DNA of 26,548 nt, taken from contig JAQUMP010000001.1 of NCBI GenBank assembly GCA_028718065.1, positions 1 to 26,548 on the forward strand. The letters are read 5' to 3'. How positions within the stretch are numbered: the first letter of the stretch is position 1; each line of letters begins with the position of its first letter. This document shows, in pieces, positions 25,107 to 26,548 of this stretch. The notes below the pieces were generated by a model. The model was given only the letters and a program-made list of their open reading frames with translations. It ran no database searches and had not been told where the DNA came from. The translations under genes were made by a program, and so were the position numbers. This DNA is from Chitinivibrionales bacterium. Its GTDB lineage: Bacteria; Fibrobacterota; Chitinivibrionia; Chitinivibrionales; FEN-1185.

Positions 25107-26261
25107 TTAGTACCGGGGGACCAACAGAAAGGAGCGTGCGACACCGGCGGCGTCGAGCGTGCGATGGATAACGACCCGGCCTTTTCTTGGGCTGAAGGGG
25201 CCGTTTGCGGGCGCCAGGCGCCGGCCGGAAATCGAAAAATATTCGTTCTTGACAATAAGCAAATTTGCGGCCCCGCCCGGGGAAATTTTACGAATCACCC
25301 CGTCCGGCGTCCAGGCGCAATTTGCGGTGGCGGCGTCAAGCGCCGGACCATACTGGATATTCTGCCAGGTGGGACGATTGACCGGATCAAGAGGCATGGC
25401 GGAAGGGTCGTCGAAGCCGCCCACCCGCAATTGCTTAACGCCGCTGTTCATGCCCACGTCCACATCGTTATACCCGAAATTGCAGGCGCTCAGGCTGCCC
25501 AGGCTCGGCGCCGCTGCGAAGCCCGGATTGCCGACTTGACTCCAGGGAATCAGCCATTCCTGCACGCGGGTGTTGCCGGAACTTTGCCCGATAATCTCGC
25601 TGCGAATGCCGAGGGTCGCGGCCGCATCGGCAAAGGTATGTGGCGTTAGCGTAAAAGCTTGCACCGTTTCATCAGTAAGGTAGGCAGCATTAAACTCGTT
25701 GATATACATGGCTGTGGGCGGCGTCGAGCCGCCAAAGCGCAACAGGTATTGTCGTGTCGAAGGCGTTTTTGAGCCAACCCCTAAGGCCGTTCCGGCGTTA
25801 TACGCGGCAAAAATCGCGCTGGCGGGTTGATTGTCAAAGTACAAATCCGCGGCATCGTTGGCCCATTGCGAATAATCGCCATATTGATTATTCACAACAT
25901 TCTGATAATCGACCCAGGAATCGTCTTCGACCTTTATATAAAGGTATATCCCCATTTCGCCGTAGGCGGCATAGACTGTTAATTGGGCGTCGAGCGGACC
26001 GTTAAAGGCAACCGTGCCGCGCGAGCAGCACGAAGGATCGCAGTATTGATAGTCTAACTTATCGGTACATACATCCCACGCATTCCAGAACGGCGAGCGA
26101 ATGCCGTCGCTGGTGCTGAACCAAGATTCCTGAACAGCGGAAAGCTTATAGGCCACCAACACAAAATCGGTCACGTCGGGTGGATAAATAGATTGGGCGT
26201 AACTGAATGATAAAATGCCAGTTGCGCCCATTAATAAAATAATTGACTTTAACATTTTCAT
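25107..26261 (-). CDS. Secreted CBM9/DOMON-like sugar-binding protein with a basic C-terminal tail
   Basis: Signal peptide; LTVYAAYGEMGIYLYIKVEDD, DAADLYFD, EWLIPWSQV and FGYNDVD are CBM9-like; the C-terminus is EYFSISGRR followed by a Lys/Arg-rich tail. Confidence 0.6.
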   Translation of the reverse strand: MKMLKSIILLMGATGILSFSYAQSIYPPDVTDFVLVAYKLSAVQESWFSTSDGIRSPFWNAWDVCTDKLDYQYCDPSCCSRGTVAFNGPLDAQLTVYAAYGEMGIYLYIKVEDDSWVDYQNVVNNQYGDYSQWANDAADLYFDNQPASAIFAAYNAGTALGVGSKTPSTRQYLLRFGGSTPPTAMYINEFNAAYLTDETVQAFTLTPHTFADAAATLGIRSEIIGQSSGNTRVQEWLIPWSQVGNPGFAAAPSLGSLSACNFGYNDVDVGMNSGVKQLRVGGFDDPSAMPLDPVNRPTWQNIQYGPALDAATANCAWTPDGVIRKISPGGAANLLIVKNEYFSISGRRLAPANGPFSPRKGRVVIHRTLDAAGVARSFLLVPRY

Positions 26262-26288
26262 GGCTTGCTTTAGCGCCTCGTAACTCCT

Positions 26289-26548
26289 TTATCTGGCAAC
26301 CAGCATCACCGAATGCATACCGCCGCGCGCATCGACAGTGCGATTAACGACGATCGTGTTGCGAGCCACACTGAGGACGCCGTTTTTAAATTCGAGGCGT
26401 TTGCCGGCGAGCGAAAAATATTCGCTTCTAACAATCGACGTTTTTAAAGCGGCGTTGCGGGAGATTTTATTAATGACGCCGTCTTCGGCCCAAGTGCAAC
26501 CGGAGGTCGCGGCGCTGAGCATGGGACCATATTGAATGTTCTGCCAAT
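26289..26548 (-). CDS. C-terminal end of a paralog of 25107..26261 (5' part outside the window)
   Basis: The frame is open to the edge: WQNIQYGPMLSAATSGCTWAEDGVINKIS...SEYFSLAGKR...IVVNRTVDARG aligns with WQNIQYGPALDAATANCAWTPDGVIRKIS...NEYFSISGRR...VVIHRTLDAAG. Confidence 0.85.
   Translation of the reverse strand, partial: WQNIQYGPMLSAATSGCTWAEDGVINKISRNAALKTSIVRSEYFSLAGKRLEFKNGVLSVARNTIVVNRTVDARGGMHSVMLVAR

Overview
Bacterial chromosomal window, probably Fibrobacterota/Chitinivibrionia-like (inferred from the style of the secreted proteins and their C-terminal tails; not verified). From left to right: (1) two minus-strand envelope genes, a beta-helix plus beta-barrel protein that runs off the left edge and an Ig-repeat protein; (2) ybeY, a CNNM/CBS gene and a NifA-like GAF-sigma54 activator, convergent with a sigma54-promoter-led operon of putative porin-amtB-glnK; (3) an accessory patch with an M29 aminopeptidase, radC, Cys-rich 'two-CW' sequences and an MNT/HEPN toxin-antitoxin pair; (4) a roughly 8 kb same-strand sulfur cluster, HPr-like-cysK-metY-rrf2-metA-cysE-thiS-thiG-thiH-thiF; (5) tRNA-Gly and tRNA-Cys; (6) a Calx-beta/HExxH protein, a DUF2225-like protein and tandem CBM9-like paralogs. 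The main observation is that the HPr-like protein heading the sulfur cluster keeps His15 and Ser46 but ends in -FFVEGAGI, which resembles the C-terminal tail that docks into CysK. The cluster's own CysE lacks such a tail and the Rrf2 regulator also ends in Ile. This suggests an undescribed PTS-to-cysteine-synthase link. Three different structured intergenic elements are also present. All family assignments come from motif recognition by eye; no searches were run.
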